Below, piece after piece: positions 11,445-26,210 of a stretch of 64,000 nt of DNA (position 1 is its first letter; every line of letters starts with the position of its first letter). The DNA lies in assembly GCA_964016885.1 (NCBI GenBank), contig OZ024746.1, positions 98,332,001 through 98,396,000 of the forward strand, given 5' to 3'. Source of the DNA: Eledone cirrhosa. Lineage: Eukaryota. The notes under the pieces were generated by a model. That model was not told where the DNA came from and made no database searches. It saw only the letters and a program-made list of their open reading frames with translations. The position numbers and the translations under genes are program-made.

Positions 11445-14400
11445 AACAGAAAAACACAAACAATTCCCCTGAAAAACACAGTCCCACCCCATCCCACTCC
11501 ATCCAACACTACCACTATCACACACACAAACACACCATCACCACACAACATACCCCTCCTACACGCCCCTGATGACGATTCATCACCAGACGAGGCTACT
11601 TCTCCATCCCCAAGTGAAGATGAAGGAGAGCCTCGTATATCGAAAAAAAAAAAGATACAGCACAAAGCCACAAAAACAACAATCACCAACACAAACACAC
11701 AACCACCAACACAAACAACAACACAAACACCACCACAATCACTCCCCACCCTCACCCCACCAGCAAAACAAACACCAACAACACCCCAAACACAAATGCC
11801 CACCATAAAGAGAAAACTACAAAATGAACAACAACCCAAAACAACACAACAAAAAAACAAACAACAATACACATACATTAACACAAACAACAAAAACCTA
11901 ATGGAGGTCATCTCCCAAGACCCCAAAGTAGACACTGAGGGGAAAACTTTTGTAAAAGCAGACTCTCAACCACACCTAAAACTAATAAGGGTTTCGATAG
12001 AAACCTATCAAATATTGAAAGAACAGTTTTCACAGGACATTGACAACCCCTGCCAAAAACCAATAAACCGTGTCCTGTTGAAATGTTTTCCCACCCCACT
12101 CAACACCCCAACCAGAACTGAAATGAAGATTGAACAACCCAATCTCCAGGAAACGAAAAGGTAAGTGCACCTTTTCGTCCTTTTCACCAACTCTTCTCCA
12201 CCAACATGGCTGACTTACGAGTTGGAAGCTTGAATGTGAGTGGCCTAGGGATGCCCTGGAAACAGGGCCAACTTTTAAACGACCTTAGGTCACATGGTAT
12301 AGATGTAATAGCCATCACCGTGTCCAGGATCCACAACAGGTAGCAACTAACCCGCATCTTCAATGACTTTGAGATCTACGCATCTCTTTGTCAGCCGGAG
12401 GTGGAGGGGGAGTGACTGTCATGTTTCGGAAAAACCTGGATCTCAAAGTACAGCAAGTACACTTGGAGCCTGGAGGGTAGACTGGTAGTCCTAGACGTAA
12501 ACAGTATTGGAGGTGGAGCCTTCAGACTGGTGGCCGTTTATGCCCCGACCGGGCAATCACAATCGCGGCCAGACTTCTTTAAGCGCCTAGAGTCTTTTCT
12601 GTGAACGTCTCCCTCCTTGCTTTTAGTGGGGGACTGGAATGGTATCCTAGATGCACGATGGGACTCTGTGGGAGCATGTCCCAGTAGAGCGGGGTATAAC
12701 AGTCTCAAAAATCTAATCGGCCAATTCCAACTGGCCGATAGATATCGACTAGATTTCCCGATTGCATCACAGTGGACGTGGGCAAACCGCAGCGGGACAT
12801 CTAGATCGTATCTAGATAGGTTTTTCATTAGGGAAAAGGACAAGAAGATGTTAAGCTGTCCACAATTGCACATGGTTGCCTATTCAGATCACAAACTAGT
12901 CGTCTGCATAGTCAACCGTGATAGAATACATAGACAAGGACCCGGATACTGGAAGCTGAACGTGTCGTTGCCGGCACGAAAAGCCTACAGTGACCGGACA
13001 AATAGATTAGTTAAGGAAGAGTTGACGTGAGCCATCGTCAACAATAGATGGTGGTACTCTCTCAAGAGAGCAATTAGAGTAGAATCGATAGGGTTTAGCA
13101 GAGAATTAGCTTTAGAGAAAAACAAATCAGAAACAGAACTAGTAGCCAAGGTAGAAGAGGCGCTTAGGAGTGGCAACACAGCTAGAGTGCTAGCATCGAG
13201 AACGGTACTGGACCAGTTCTTCGACGCGAAACACGAAGGCTACGTGGTCAGAAGTAAATCACGAGAGAGCAAAAGCTGTTAGCTGGGCCCGAGTGGCGGA
13301 AGCGAAAAGTGGCAACAAGTCCACGATTCGGTCTTTGAAAGACCAATACGGATGCGTGCTACTTGACCCCAGGCAGATGTGCGCGGCCTTTCAACGGCAC
13401 TTTGCGCGACTGTTTGAGCAGAACGACGGTGCACCGAACGGGACAATGGACTTTGGTTCATACCTCGACGGCCTGCCGCGTTACTGGAGCATGGACGCCG
13501 AGTTCTGCGAAAGATCGATCACAGCCACTGAGATACGGGACGCTCTGGGCCGCTGTGGGAAACGCAAATCACCCGGTCTAGATGGTCTACCCTATGAGTT
13601 TTACATAGGCATGCCGAACTTGTTCTCTGGCGTCCTGGAAGACGTCTACTGCAATTGGCAGCAGAACGGGACAATTCCCAGTTCTGCAGGCAAGGGCGTA
13701 GTAACGCTGATCATGAAAAACGAGAACAAGGGGGACGAAATAAACAATTTCAGGCCCATAACTCTGCTCAACACAGTGCTAGCAATGAGGCTGGCGCTTG
13801 TCGTTTAAAACCTGGTAGGGAAAGCGCAAACGTGTGGCATCCCGACCAGGTCCATACACGACAACCTCCACCTCATGCGATACATCATAGAGAGGGTGGG
13901 GTGTAAACCCGGCTTCGGTGGGGTTCTGATCAATTGAGATCAGTCTAAGGCATTCGATAAGGTCGACCATCGATACTTGGAAGCGGTTCTCAAGGCGGCC
14001 GGTTTCGGTCCCGTTTTCAGGGGCTGGAACAAGGCGATGCACACCAGCTTCTGCTCGAGGGTCAACGTGAACGGCTACCTATCGGAGCCGTTCGCAATCA
14101 CGCGTTACATTCGACAGGGATGCCGTCTCTCCTCCATTCTGTGGGTATTGACTCTAGAGACACTACTACGGAAGTTGGAGCTTTAGCAGGACATCCCTTT
14201 GGAACAGGGACTGCGACGCGACGGTAATGGTTTCGAAAACTTCGGAAATCAATGTAATCGGCAACCTACTACAGGAATACGAAACGTTCACAGGAGCAAA
14301 ACTGTCGGTTTGCCACTCGGAACGTGGAGAGGCAAACCGATGCTATCCGACAGCATCGTCAGACGTTGGACGGAAGGACCGGTGAAATTGCTCGGGCTCT

Positions 14401-15845
14401 GGTTCGGTCCAGACCTCCAGCTGGAGAATAACTGGAACGAGGTCATGGTCAAGGTATTTGCGCTCACCCAGAAGTGGGCAGAGTGCAAACTGTCTTTGAA
14501 AAGTCGAACGGAGATGGTGAACACTTACATAGCGTCCGTCATCTACTACCGCTTGACTGTTGTGTCTTGTCCCCGTGAATACCTCATCAAGATGGAACGC
14601 ATGCTCTTCCAGTTCCTGTGGAAGAAGTAGGCTCCACTGGTGAGGAGATCTGTCTGCTGTCAACACTCTTCCATCGGAGGGCTGGGAATGCCGTGGCTAA
14701 TGATGCGCAAACATGCGCTGAGGCTACGACATCTCCAGGTTTTCCCCCACCGACCAACCGGTGTGGGCACCGTTTGTGAGGCAGGCCTTCCCACAACTTG
14801 TCTCGCTGACGGAGCTGCAGTCCTAGGTGAAGCGAAGACCGAAGAAGATGGGCGCCTGGCACATTGAATGCGTCCAGGCGCTCACAGTCCTCTGTCAAGC
14901 GGGCACAGCAATCAGTGGAGACTCTACTTCGACATTCTATAGTGGGTTAGTACTTTACAAGTGCGACGACGTGCTCGGGGAGTCTCTACGCGTCGAAGAC
15001 GACGAACTCACCAGTCTTTTCGGTAGGACTTTCCGCCCGGGACCTATGGACAACTTCCAGACGCCCCTGGCCTGGCAGTGCTACCGAGGAGCTCTACTGG
15101 TTCGTGACAAGATCTACAGGCACGGACGTCCATGCAGGGATCCTTCCAAGAGGACGTGTCCAAGATGCGCGCAGGACATTGAAACAGTCCTGCACGCAAT
15201 TGTACACTGCCCGGGCGTAACCGACCTGCGGAACTATGCAGAACAACTGCTGTCGCGTATGGGACAAATCCAATTGACTGTCGAGTCCATAGTAAGGATC
15301 AAACCGCCAGCTTCTTTCAAAAACGAAAGAGAGGCGGCTTTCCTCTGTACAGTGGCTATGGTGAAAGAAGTTATATGGTGGACGAGATTGAGAGGACTGA
15401 GGACAGATGCCTTTCTCTCCGGACAACAACTCATTCCCTTCTTTAGGTACCACTTTAGAAGGAGAATCAGAGTGGAGAGAGAGGCACTGCACCCCAGTAA
15501 ATTTACTGAAAGGTGGGTGAATGTAGCGAAAATCGCCCGAGTGATTGGGCCTTCCCTGTTTATAAGCCTGTAGGTTAAAGAAGAGAGCAAAAGGAAGAAG
15601 GGCACTTACACAACACGCTCCTGAAGTTGAGGGTTGTTCTATCGACAGGGTATTAAACAACCCATTTGTGGCGCTTCCCCCCTATTAGGGATTTCGATTG
15701 TTATAATTGTTTGTTTCAATATTTTTACACGACTGTATGTCAAATCCCCGGCATGTGTCTTTCTATTGTTCCCTTTTCTTGTGCACCCTTGTGGCAAATA
15801 AAGAAATGTATCTATTTCTTCTCCCTTTTTTAAATCTCGCACTTC
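11445..15845 (+). mobile_element. L1/Tx1-like LINE, decayed (ORF1 tail remnant, APE-RT-zinc finger ORF2 at about 12206-15573, 3' UTR)
   Basis: APE motifs GSLNVSGL, VGDWN, SYLDRFF, SDHK and GYWKLN. RT motifs KSPGLDGLPYEFY, NFRPITLLN, DQSKAFDKVDH and IRQGCRLS. C-terminal CPRC...ETVLHAIVHC. Many stops and frameshifts. AATAAA at about 15797, ending in (TATG)n. Confidence 0.9.
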
Positions 15846-16317
15846 GTATGTATGTATGTATGTATGTATGTATGTATGTATGTATGTATGTATGTATGTA
15901 TGTATGTATTATGCCTGTGTGTATGTATGTATGTATGTATTATGCATGTGTGTATGTATGTATGTATTATGCATGTGTGTATGTATGTATGTATTATGCA
16001 TGTGTGTATGTATGTATGTATGTATGTATGTATGTATGTATGTATTATGCCTGTGTGTATGTATGTATGTATGTATGTATGTATTATGCCTGTGTGTATG
16101 TATGTATTATGCCTGTGTGTATGTATGTATTATGCCTGTGTGTATGAATGTATATATTATGTTTATCTATGTATGTATGTATTATGCCTGTGTGTATGTA
16201 TGTATGCATGCATGTATGTAAGTGTGTGTGTATGTATGTATGCAGTCATGTATGCATGTACGTATGTATTATTTTGTATGCATGTATGTATTGAATCCCT
16301 TATAATTTAATTTAACA

Positions 16318-16730
16318 TAGATTGCGCTGGAGCGGTCATATTGAAACAATGCCAGACCACCGTATTCCTAAGCAGGGAAGTTAGTCAAAGGCAAACAGCC
16401 AAGACGTAAACTAAATCTCGTGTATAAAGACTGCATCAAAAGAGCTTTGATGAATTTAAAAATAAGGGAAGACAGTGCATTAGCTCGGTCATCTTAGAGG
16501 AAAACAGAAATTTGAAAAGTCTCGTTTGGAGCATGAAAATCTAAAGAGGGGTTTGTTTAAAGGTCTGCACGATATTGCTTTACCTGGATTTTCAGATGCC
16601 CAAAATAACTTTTTGTACAATAAGTGTGACCAGATTTGCCTCAGTAAAGTTGGTCTTAGAAGTCACAAGAGAAGCCATGTACAAATCCTTGTTAATTCTG
16701 CTGAGTCAGCACTTGTTATCACATCTAGGT
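16318..16730 (+). mobile_element. RTE-like LINE 3' fragment with C2H2-like tail (apparently continuing at about 18600-18865)
   Basis: RLRWSGHIETMPDHRIPKQ...GKQPR and CDQICLSKVGLRSHKRSH. A similar CGNICLSKSDLRIH occurs at about 18640. Confidence 0.65.
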
Positions 16731-16734
16731 GTTT

Positions 16735-18500
16735 TGTCTGCATTCCTATCTCTTTTGTGAATCCGGTATTTCGTGTTAATTTCCTGTTCTTAGATTGCAA
16801 AAGCGTATCCTTCAAAGTGGGATCCAATATAGCGGTTGTTGGTCTAAGATAGACTACTTTCCTTATCTATATTTCTCTCACTCTGGAGCTTCCTGGTAAC
16901 ATATCCATGCATGATTTGTTGCTGATAGGCATGCAGTTTTTCATCGAAGGATTCACTGCGATACTGCTAAGCGACTTCCCTGGGTGTGAGTTTTTGATTA
17001 TCACACAGGGAATATCTCTCAAGGAGTTCCTTCCCAACTCTCATGATCTTATCTGTTTCATGCAGTTAGACTTGCTCGAGAGACGGGCTCCTACGATTCG
17101 AGGTTCGTAGATGTTGTCGGAGAGATATGATGCGACATTCAAATGTTGTCTGGACTGATGTTAGGCCTCTGCCTCCCTGCTTTCGTTTCAAGTAAAGGCG
17201 GTCTATGTCACTGTTGATGTGGAAGTTTCCAGTGTTTAGTATTTTTCGAGTTCCAACATCAACTTCTCAGATTTCGTCTATCGTCCAATCAAGTATTCCA
17301 AACGTTGGTGTTAGGACAGGCACAGCAAACACATCGTGAGCCACTGTTTTGTTTTGCGCAGGGAGTTCCAATGACCAGATCTTTCTTAATCCGGTGTAGT
17401 ATTCCCTGGTTACGTGTTCTTTATTACAGATACCATTATAGGATATGTTCTCATCTATCCCCAGGTATCTGTAGCAGTCTTCATCAGATATCGGTGAAAC
17501 AGTTAGGCCATTGATGACAATGTTGTTAGATTGGGTTGTTATTTTTCTCTGCTTTACAGTCATGTATGAGCATTTATCTTGGCCAAACTCCATTCCTATA
17601 TCATTTGAGAATGGTGTAACCAGGTCAAGATTTCTCTTCATCCCATCCATGTTCTTGGCATAGAGTTTCAGATCATCCACAAAGAAGTTATGGTTAGGTT
17701 CGTATTTCTGTCCTCCTGTGAGCCAATGATGTATCCTTCATATTTCTTGAGCATAAAGGACAAGGGGTTTAATGACAAGATGAACAATATCATAGAGAGA
17801 CTGTCCCCCTGAAATATACCCCTTCAATATTTTATTTTATCAGTGAAAATAGAGTCCTCCCTCTCTGTCTTTAACCTTAGGAAAGTAGCCCAAGAAGAAG
17901 ACAACCTTTCTATGGCTCTGACAATAATGTTTGGGAGTTTAGCAAGCTGGAGGGCCTCTATCATCCAAGAGTGGGGAACAGAATCGAAAGCTTTCCTGTA
18001 GTCCAGCCAGACTGTAGTCATATTCCTCCTAAGTTGTCGCACCTCCGATATCGCAGTTTTGTTGATTAGGAGTTGTTCAGCACATCCCCAAACCCCTTTC
18101 TTTCCAGCTGCTTGTTCATCTGTGATGATGTTATTATTTTCACAGTGATCTTGGAAGAATAGGTTCAGGCAGGCTGTATACATCTTATACATCAGTTTCT
18201 GGCATGCAACGGGTCGGTAGTGTTTTGCCAAGTGGGAGTCTTTGTTCTTGGAAACCAGTAATGTTTGTGCTAATGTCAACCATTCTCGTATAAGTGTATC
18301 TCCCTTAAGAACTTGATGGTAGAGGTCAGTAAGATACCTCCGATAGAATATCAGTTCTTTGTACCAATAGCCGGAAATCATGTCTCTTCCTGGTGTTTTC
18401 TTAACTTGGAGTTTTCCTATCACAGTCTCAAGGGTACCCTCACTTATTTCGTATGTTTTTGTTGTAGTGTAGGAGCAATAGTTCTATCGGATTTCTTTTA
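16735..18500 (-). mobile_element. R4/Dong-like non-LTR retrotransposon RT fragment, decayed
   Basis: KTPGRDMISGYWYK, YRPVACQKLMYK, WLDYRKAFDSVPHSW, IFQGDSLS, FFVDDLKLYAK, DIGMEFGQDKC, YRYLGI and RLYLKRKQGGRGL. Frameshifted. Confidence 0.85.
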
Positions 18501-18901
18501 GCCACACTGCATCTTGGTTGAAATTCTATGTATGTATGTATGTATGTATGTATGTATGTATGTATTTATGTATATATGTATATATGTATATATATGTATG
18601 GTGTATCTCTGGAAACGAACGCTGAATTGGTGTACCCTGAGTGTGGAAATATTTGCTTGAGCAAATCTGATCTCAGGATCCACAAAGACAAAAGAGAACC
18701 AATGAACTATGATCTCCACGGTATTGTGAAGGTTCACAGACAACCTGATGCAAGACCAGGAGCCACCAGGGGCCAGGGAGATCCATAGTTTTCGTCAATG
18801 TGCGAAGGACAGTCTCTTGCACAGTCTCTAGCAAGCTTGAAAAGACATATCCGAGCGTCACACATCTGAATCTGACAAGATTGAAATACTCTTAGCAAAG
18901 T

Positions 18902-21873
18902 TTGTATGTATGTATGTAGGTATGTATGTATGTATGTATGTATGTATGTATGTAGGTATGTATGTATGTATGTATGTAGGTATGTATGTATGTAGGTATG
19001 TATGTATTAGATAGGTAGGTATGTATGTATGTATGTATGTAGGTATGTATGTAGGTAGGTATGTATGTATGTATGTATGTAGGTATGTATGTATGTAGGT
19101 ATGTATGTAGGTATGTATGTAGGTATGTATGTATGTAGGTAGGTATGTATGTATGTATGTATGTAGGTATGTATGTATGTATGTATGTATGTATGTATGT
19201 AGGTAGGTATGTATGTATGTATGTATGTAGGTATGTATGTATGTAGGTATGTATGTAGGTATGTATGTATGTATGTATGTATGTATGTATGTAGGTAGGT
19301 ATGTATGTATGTATGTATGTAGGTATGTATGTATGTAGGTATGTATTAGATAGGTAGGTATGTATGTATGTAGGTATGTATGTAGGTATGTATGTATGTA
19401 TGTATGTATGTATGTATGTATGTATGTAGGTAGGTATGTATGTATGTATGTATGTAGGTATGTAGGTATGTAGGTATGTATGTAGGTATGTATGTATGTA
19501 TGTATGTATGTAGGTATGTATGTAGGTATGTATGTAGGTATGTATGTAGGTATGTAGGTATGTATGTGTGTATGTATGTATGTATGTAGGTATGTAGGTA
19601 TGTAGGTATGTATGTAGGTATGTATGTATGTATGTATGTATGTATGTATGTATGTATGTATGTAGGTATGTAGGTATGTATGTATGTAGGTATGTATGTA
19701 GGTATGTATGTAGGTATGTATGTATGTAGGTATGTATGTAGGTATGTATGTATGTATGTATGTATGTATGTATGTATGTATGTAGGTATGTATGTAGGTA
19801 TGTAGGTATGTATGTATGTATGTATGTATGTATGTATGTATGTATGTATGTAGGTATGTATGTATGTATGTATGTATGTATGTATGTATGTAGGTATGTA
19901 GGTAGGTATGTATGTATGTATGTATGTAGGTATGTATGTAGGTATGTAGGTATGTAGGTATGTATGTATGTATGTATGTATGTATGTATGTATGTATGTA
20001 TGTATGTATGTATGTAGGTATGTATGTATGTATGTAGGTATGTAGGTATGTAGGTATGTAGGTATGTATGTATGTATGTATGTATGTATGTATGTATGTA
20101 TGTATGTATGTATGTAGGTATGTATGTATGTAGGTATGTATGTAGGTATGTATGTATGTAGGTATGTAGGTATGTATGTATGTATGTATGTATGTATGTA
20201 GGTATGTATGTGTGTATGGTATGTAGGTATGTATGTATGTATGTAGGTAGGTATGTATGTATGTATGTATGTATGTATGTATGTATGTATGTATGTAGGT
20301 ATGTAGGTATGTATGTATGTATGTATGTATGTATGTATGTAGGTACGTATGTATGTATGTATGTATGTAGGTATGTATGTATGTATGTATGTATGTAGGT
20401 ATGTGTGTATGTATGTAGGTATGTATGTATGTATGTAGGTAGGTATGTATGTATGTATGTATGTAGGTATGTAGGTATGTAGGTATGTAGGTATGTATGT
20501 ATGTATGTATGTATGTATGTATGTATGTATGTATGTAGGTATGTATGTATGTATGTATGTATGTATGTATGTATGTATGTAGGTATGTATGTAGGTATGT
20601 ATGTATGTATGTATGTAGGTATGTAGGTATGTATGTATGTATGTAGGTATGTATGTATGTATGTATGTATGTATGTATGTATGTATGTATGTATGTATGT
20701 ATGTAGGTATGTATGTATGTATGTATGTATGTATGTATGTATGTATGTATGTATGTATGTATGTATGTATGTATGTATGTATGTATGTAGGTATGTATGT
20801 ATGTATGTATGTATGTATGTATGTATGTATGTATGTATGTATGTATGTATGTATGTATGTATGTATGTATGTATGTATGTAGGTATGTAGGTATGTATGT
20901 ATGTATGTATGTATGTATGTATGTAGGTATGTAGGTATGTATGTATGTATGTAATGTATGTATGTATGTATGTAGGTATGTATGTATGTAGGTATGTATG
21001 TATGTATGTAGGTATGTATGTATGTATGTATGTAGGTATGTATGTATGTATGTATGTAGGTATGTATGTATGTATGTATGTATGTATGTATGTATGTATG
21101 TATGTATGTATGTAGGTATGTATGTATGTATGTATGTATGTATGTATGTATGTATGTATGTAGGTATGTATGTAGGTATGTATGTATGTATGTATGTAGG
21201 TATGTATGTATGTATGTATGTATGTATGTATGTATGTATGTATGTATGTATGTATGTAGGTATGTATGTATGTATGTATGTATGTATGTAGGTATGTATG
21301 TATGTATGTATGTAGGTATGTATGTAGGTATGTATGTATGTATGTATGTATGTAGGTATGTATGTATGTAGGTATGTATGTAGGTATGTATGTATGTATG
21401 TAGGTATGTATGTATGTAGGTATGTAGGTATGTATGTAGGTATGTATGTATGTATGTATGTAGGTATGTATGTATGTATGTATGTATGTATGTATGTATG
21501 TATGTAGGTATGTATGTAGGTATGTATGTAGGTATGTATGTATGTATGTATGTAGGTATGTAGGTATGTATGTATGTATGTATGTATGTATGTATGTATG
21601 TAGGTATGTATGTATGTAGGTATGTATGTAGGTATGTATGTATGTATGTAGGTATGTAGGTATGTATGTATGTATGTAGGTAGGTATGTATGTATGTATG
21701 TATGTATGTATGTATGTAGGTATGTATGTATGTAGGTATGTATGTAGGTATGTATGTATGTATGTAGGTATGTAGGTATGTATGTATGTATGTATGTATG
21801 TAGGTATGTATGTAGGTATGTATGTATGTATGTATGTATGTAGGTATGTATGTAGGTATGTAGGTATGTATGT
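18902..21873. repeat. about 3-kb (TATG)n microsatellite with interspersed TAGG units
   Basis: Directly visible. It explains the 1010-aa HTYI ORF. Confidence 0.97.
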
Positions 21874-23201
21874 ATCAATCTATTTATCAATATGAAGATG
21901 AAAAAATAAAATAAATACAGCCCAAAACACTAAAACATATTCTTACTGGGGCAAGAAGCCAGAAACCTCCAGGACAAACCTTTAGGATCAGAGAACATTC
22001 TGCTGCAACTCGGAAAATACAATTTATGTGATTATGTATGTATGTACAAAGGGCAAAGGAGCTCTTAAGAGTCAATGGCCATCCAAAATCACCGGGAGAG
22101 ATGACCCCTTAGCCTTTGTCAAGGCAGAATTCTAGGAGAAGGAAAACTCTGATATAACACCTGCAACCCTAATGGTATCCAATGATGTTGACTTGTTCTT
22201 CTTTTTGGTAAATATCATCTTGGTTAAGAGAGTGGGACTGGCTTTGTGCAGTGCCTTTGCTCACTATAAAAGCTTCACGGCACAGGCATTGCTTTATATC
22301 TGGAGATCTCTCTGCACTTGTCGTCACATGGTACCATGGGCCCAGCACTATGTGTCAATAATTGTCACAAGTGTAGTGTTTGTACCAGAGTTTTCAAGTC
22401 GCTGGCTGGACTAAAAAGTCACACTCGTTCAGCGCATCGGTAGGGGTTCTCCTACATGGATATAAAGTAGTGGCCGTACTCGAAAACGAGTTGGCAGCCA
22501 CCATGTATGTATGTATGTATGTTCTCAACCTACTCCTTTTCTCTTCTCTCTTATTTTTTTGTCTATTGTTCTTTTTCTACTGTTTCTTTCGCTCTTTCTT
22601 TATATGTCAAATTTTATCTAATTTTGTTTCTCTGTTACAATCTTTAGAAAGATTGAAATGAGCCACTCTCACCCCAAATCAGCGTCATGTCCCCAACGTT
22701 ACATTGCGGGCCGAATATATACCACCATATTACAATAACTATATATCTACTGAAGACATGAAAATGTCAAGTCACTTTCTGAAACAATCTGTATGAAACA
22801 GTAAATTTTGCTTTATTTGATACAATCAACTTTATGACATGCATCAAATGATATATGACGGAGCCATAAAGTTTCACTAAGAGACACTATATCAATAAAT
22901 ATTGATTGTACACATCACAATATGATCTAAATTATATTTTGTGTGGGTCAAAATACTTTTGCTGGTCAAACCATCAGTAAAATTCTTTGATTTATCTAAA
23001 CAGAAACACATAAAGAAAAATTATTGGTAGTTGAAAGTTCCATTATGGCTGTCGTTATTCCTGCAATGTTTCCATCAAATATGTTTTTATTGTTAAGATG
23101 TGGTGGTTGTTGTTGTTGTTGTTGTTGTTATTGTTTCTTTTATTGTTGTTGTTATTGTTGTTTTTTCTGTTGTTGTCATTGCTGTTGTCGCTGTTGTTGA
23201 T

Positions 23202-23249
<48 letters not shown>

Positions 23250-23308
23250 ATAGTTGTTGTTGTTGATCTTACTGTTGTTGTTGTTGTTGATGCTGTAGTA
23301 GTAGCAGC

Positions 23309-23374
<66 letters not shown>

Positions 23375-23737
23375 TGTCGTTGTTGTTGAGATGATGATAG
23401 GATAATAAATATTTACAATATATTACGATTTATCTCCCCTGCTTATTTATATTCTAGAGAACGGAAAGAAGAAAGCATAAATATGGATAAAAACAAAACT
23501 ATTATTCGGTCAACGAGTATTTTATTGTATTCAAGGACGTCAAACTTTTAACTCACGCCAATATTCACCAAACGCCTTCTCCATTCTGTCCAGCGGAGCT
23601 GTGGGGAGGCCAGCACCTGGGAGGGGGAGAGAGATAGGGATGATGACGGTGGGAGTTCGGCTTTCCCACGTTCGGACCATATCCTTGTGGTTGCGTTCAT
23701 TATCTATATAGAGTCGTAGGGACGCCGTAGTGATATA

Positions 23738-23840
23738 CAGGTAAAATTCCGTTACAACGAATGCCATTATAACGAATTTTTCGTTACAACAAATCTTTTT
23801 TTATATACCCCGAGAATTTCCTTATAACGGAATTTCATTG
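23738..23840. mobile_element. small Tc1/mariner(pogo)-type MITE
   Basis: TA|CAGGTAAAATTCCGTTACAA...TTATAACGGAATTTCATTG|TA: imperfect TIRs with a TA duplication. It is inserted in a repeat also seen inverted at about 43500-43590. Confidence 0.6.
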
Positions 23841-24414
23841 TATATACGGTCTGTGTTGGGGGTTTTAAACCTTGCGGAGCCCATCATCTCCCGGTTTCAG
23901 TACTGTTGATTGCTTCTAGAGAATGAGTGAGATTGATAGAAATGAAGTAAAGAAAAAGATAGAAGACGAAGAATTGACCCCAGTATTTGACTGGTACATT
24001 TTTCATCGACCATGTTGGGATGAAAGGCAAAGTTGATCTCGGGAGACTTTGAATGAATACTGCAAAACATTCTATCCGGCGTCCTAACGAGTTTGCCAAT
24101 TCGCCGCCCTAACCGCGAATATATTTTACATAAAAGAAGTTACACAGTGTGACATATTTTTCTATTGAAGTTACATAAGTGGTATATTTTTTATTGTATG
24201 CGCTTATGAGTAGTTGCGTTAGGGACCTTTCACTGGATAGAGAAAGTGGAAAATATATAATTATAAAATGTAGTGAACTTTGAAGTATTTATTCTGTTCA
24301 CTGCGATCTGAGTTCAAAACCTGCCAAGGTCAACTTTGGTTTTCCTCCTTTGGAGGTTGATAAATAAAGTAGTTTAATGCTGGAATCGATTCTCTCTCTC
24401 TCTCTCTCTCTCTA

Positions 24415-24478
<64 letters not shown>

Positions 24479-24525
24479 TAGATATGTATATATATATTTA
24501 TATATATAAATGAATAAATAAATAA

Positions 24526-24570
<45 letters not shown>

Positions 24571-24805
24571 TAAATAAATATGTATATATATATATATATA
24601 TACATACATATATATAGATAATTTAATATATCCACTAACATAAGCGCACAGATGCACGTCCATGCCAGCAAATACACAGGTTATGTCATAGTACCTAGGT
24701 GGTTCAATGCAGGAGGATGCAGAACAATAATATAAAAGACGTAAAATAAGAAAATATTTTTTTTAAAATTTTAAAAAAATTTTTTACTTACTTACTTAAA
24801 TTTTC

Positions 24806-24887
24806 ACTCCAACTAATTAGTTTCTGCAATGGGATAAAGACAGTTACGTAATCCAACTGTCGAGAATTCATTGCGTCATCAGGGAGT
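24806..24887 (-). ncRNA. type I hammerhead ribozyme
   Basis: Reverse complement: ACTCC-CTGATGA-cGCAATG..GACAGTT..AACTGTC..CATTGCa-GAAA-CTAATTAG-TT-GGAGT. Palindromic stem III, GUU triplet. Confidence 0.8.
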
Positions 24888-25368
24888 CTATTCTCAGCTG
24901 AGTCTCCAGGCAATGCGCGGACACTGGCGGCTCATATAAAAATAATAATAATTCGGTAGATAGAACAGGTGGCGAGGACTGGATTCTATGTACTGAAATT
25001 CTCACTGCTTCTAGTCAAATGGCCGATTCTAAAGAATCAATCACGTGACACAGAGGCTAGTTAAAAGGAATGGGATGGTAAGATGACTGACGCCTACTAA
25101 CACCCCAAAAAATTTAGAAGTGGTTTTGGCAGGTTTGCTCGACAAATCAGTGATTTGGAGATAAATATAGATAATTTAATATATCCACTAACATAAGCGC
25201 ACAGATGCACGTCCATGCCAGCAAATACACAGGTTATGTCATAGTACCTAGGTGGTTCAATGCAGGAGTGAAAATTTAAGTAAGTGAGTAAAAAATTTTT
25301 TAAAAATTTTTTTAAAAAATATTTTCTTATTTTACGTCTTTTATATATACATATATATGTATATATAT

Positions 25369-25479
<111 letters not shown>

Positions 25480-26005
25480 CGATTCCAGCATTAAACTACT
25501 TTATTTATCAACCTCCAAAGGAGGAAAACCAAAGTTGACCTTGGCAGGTTTTGAACTCAGATCGCAGTGAACAGAATAAATACTTCAAAGTTCACTACAT
25601 TTTATAATTATATATTTTCCACTTTCTCTATCCAGTGAAAGGTCCCTAACGCAACTACTCATAAGCGCATACAATATACAAATTTGAGTATGTGTTGGTT
25701 GTTTACCGACACTTCAGTATGCAGGTTGGAGCACTCAACGAAGTGCGCGGGCTGGTTTGTTTATTCCGGAGTAATGTAAAAACTAGAAGTGTAAGTCAAC
25801 AGTGTAAAATTAGCTTCGTTTATTCATATTCGCTGCTATATATATTTCAATGATAGCAATTATTCAACAGCTATGACCTGAAAACATATGCTTTTAGTTC
25901 CTTAGAAGACTAACAACACACCCTGGATCTGAGCATATCATTGAATTAACAAGGTACAATCTATTACAACATTATGTTTTCCTCTTTTTTCTGTTCAAGT
26001 TCTTA

Positions 26006-26063
26006 CATCCTGATGAGGTCATAGCTGTTGAATAATGGCTATCACTGAAATATATGTAGCAGC
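26006..26063 (+). ncRNA. hammerhead motif (stem I disrupted), same family as 36585-36639
   Basis: CTGATGA-GGTcATAGCTGTTgAATAATGGCTATcACT-GAAA-TATATG-TA-GCAGC. Confidence 0.6.
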
Positions 26064-26111
26064 GATTGTGAATAAACGAAGCTAATTTTACCCTGTTGAC
26101 TTACACTTCTT

Positions 26112-26210
<99 letters not shown>

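Noticed and set aside
18858-21890. 1010-aa ORF and the many [16 protein letters not shown] ORFs in the track
   Set aside because: These are translations of microsatellites lacking stops, with no coding signal.
22380-22503. Hairpin-rich segment as a possible HDV-like ribozyme
   Set aside because: Local hairpins are present, but the nested double pseudoknot could not be assembled by eye.
22748-22795. CTGAAGA...GAAACAATCTGTA hammerhead-like string (similar weak ones at about 27827, 35150, 50189 and a truncated one at about 5588-5609)
   Set aside because: Stem I is absent or the core is mutated or truncated. They are possible relics but not supportable individually.
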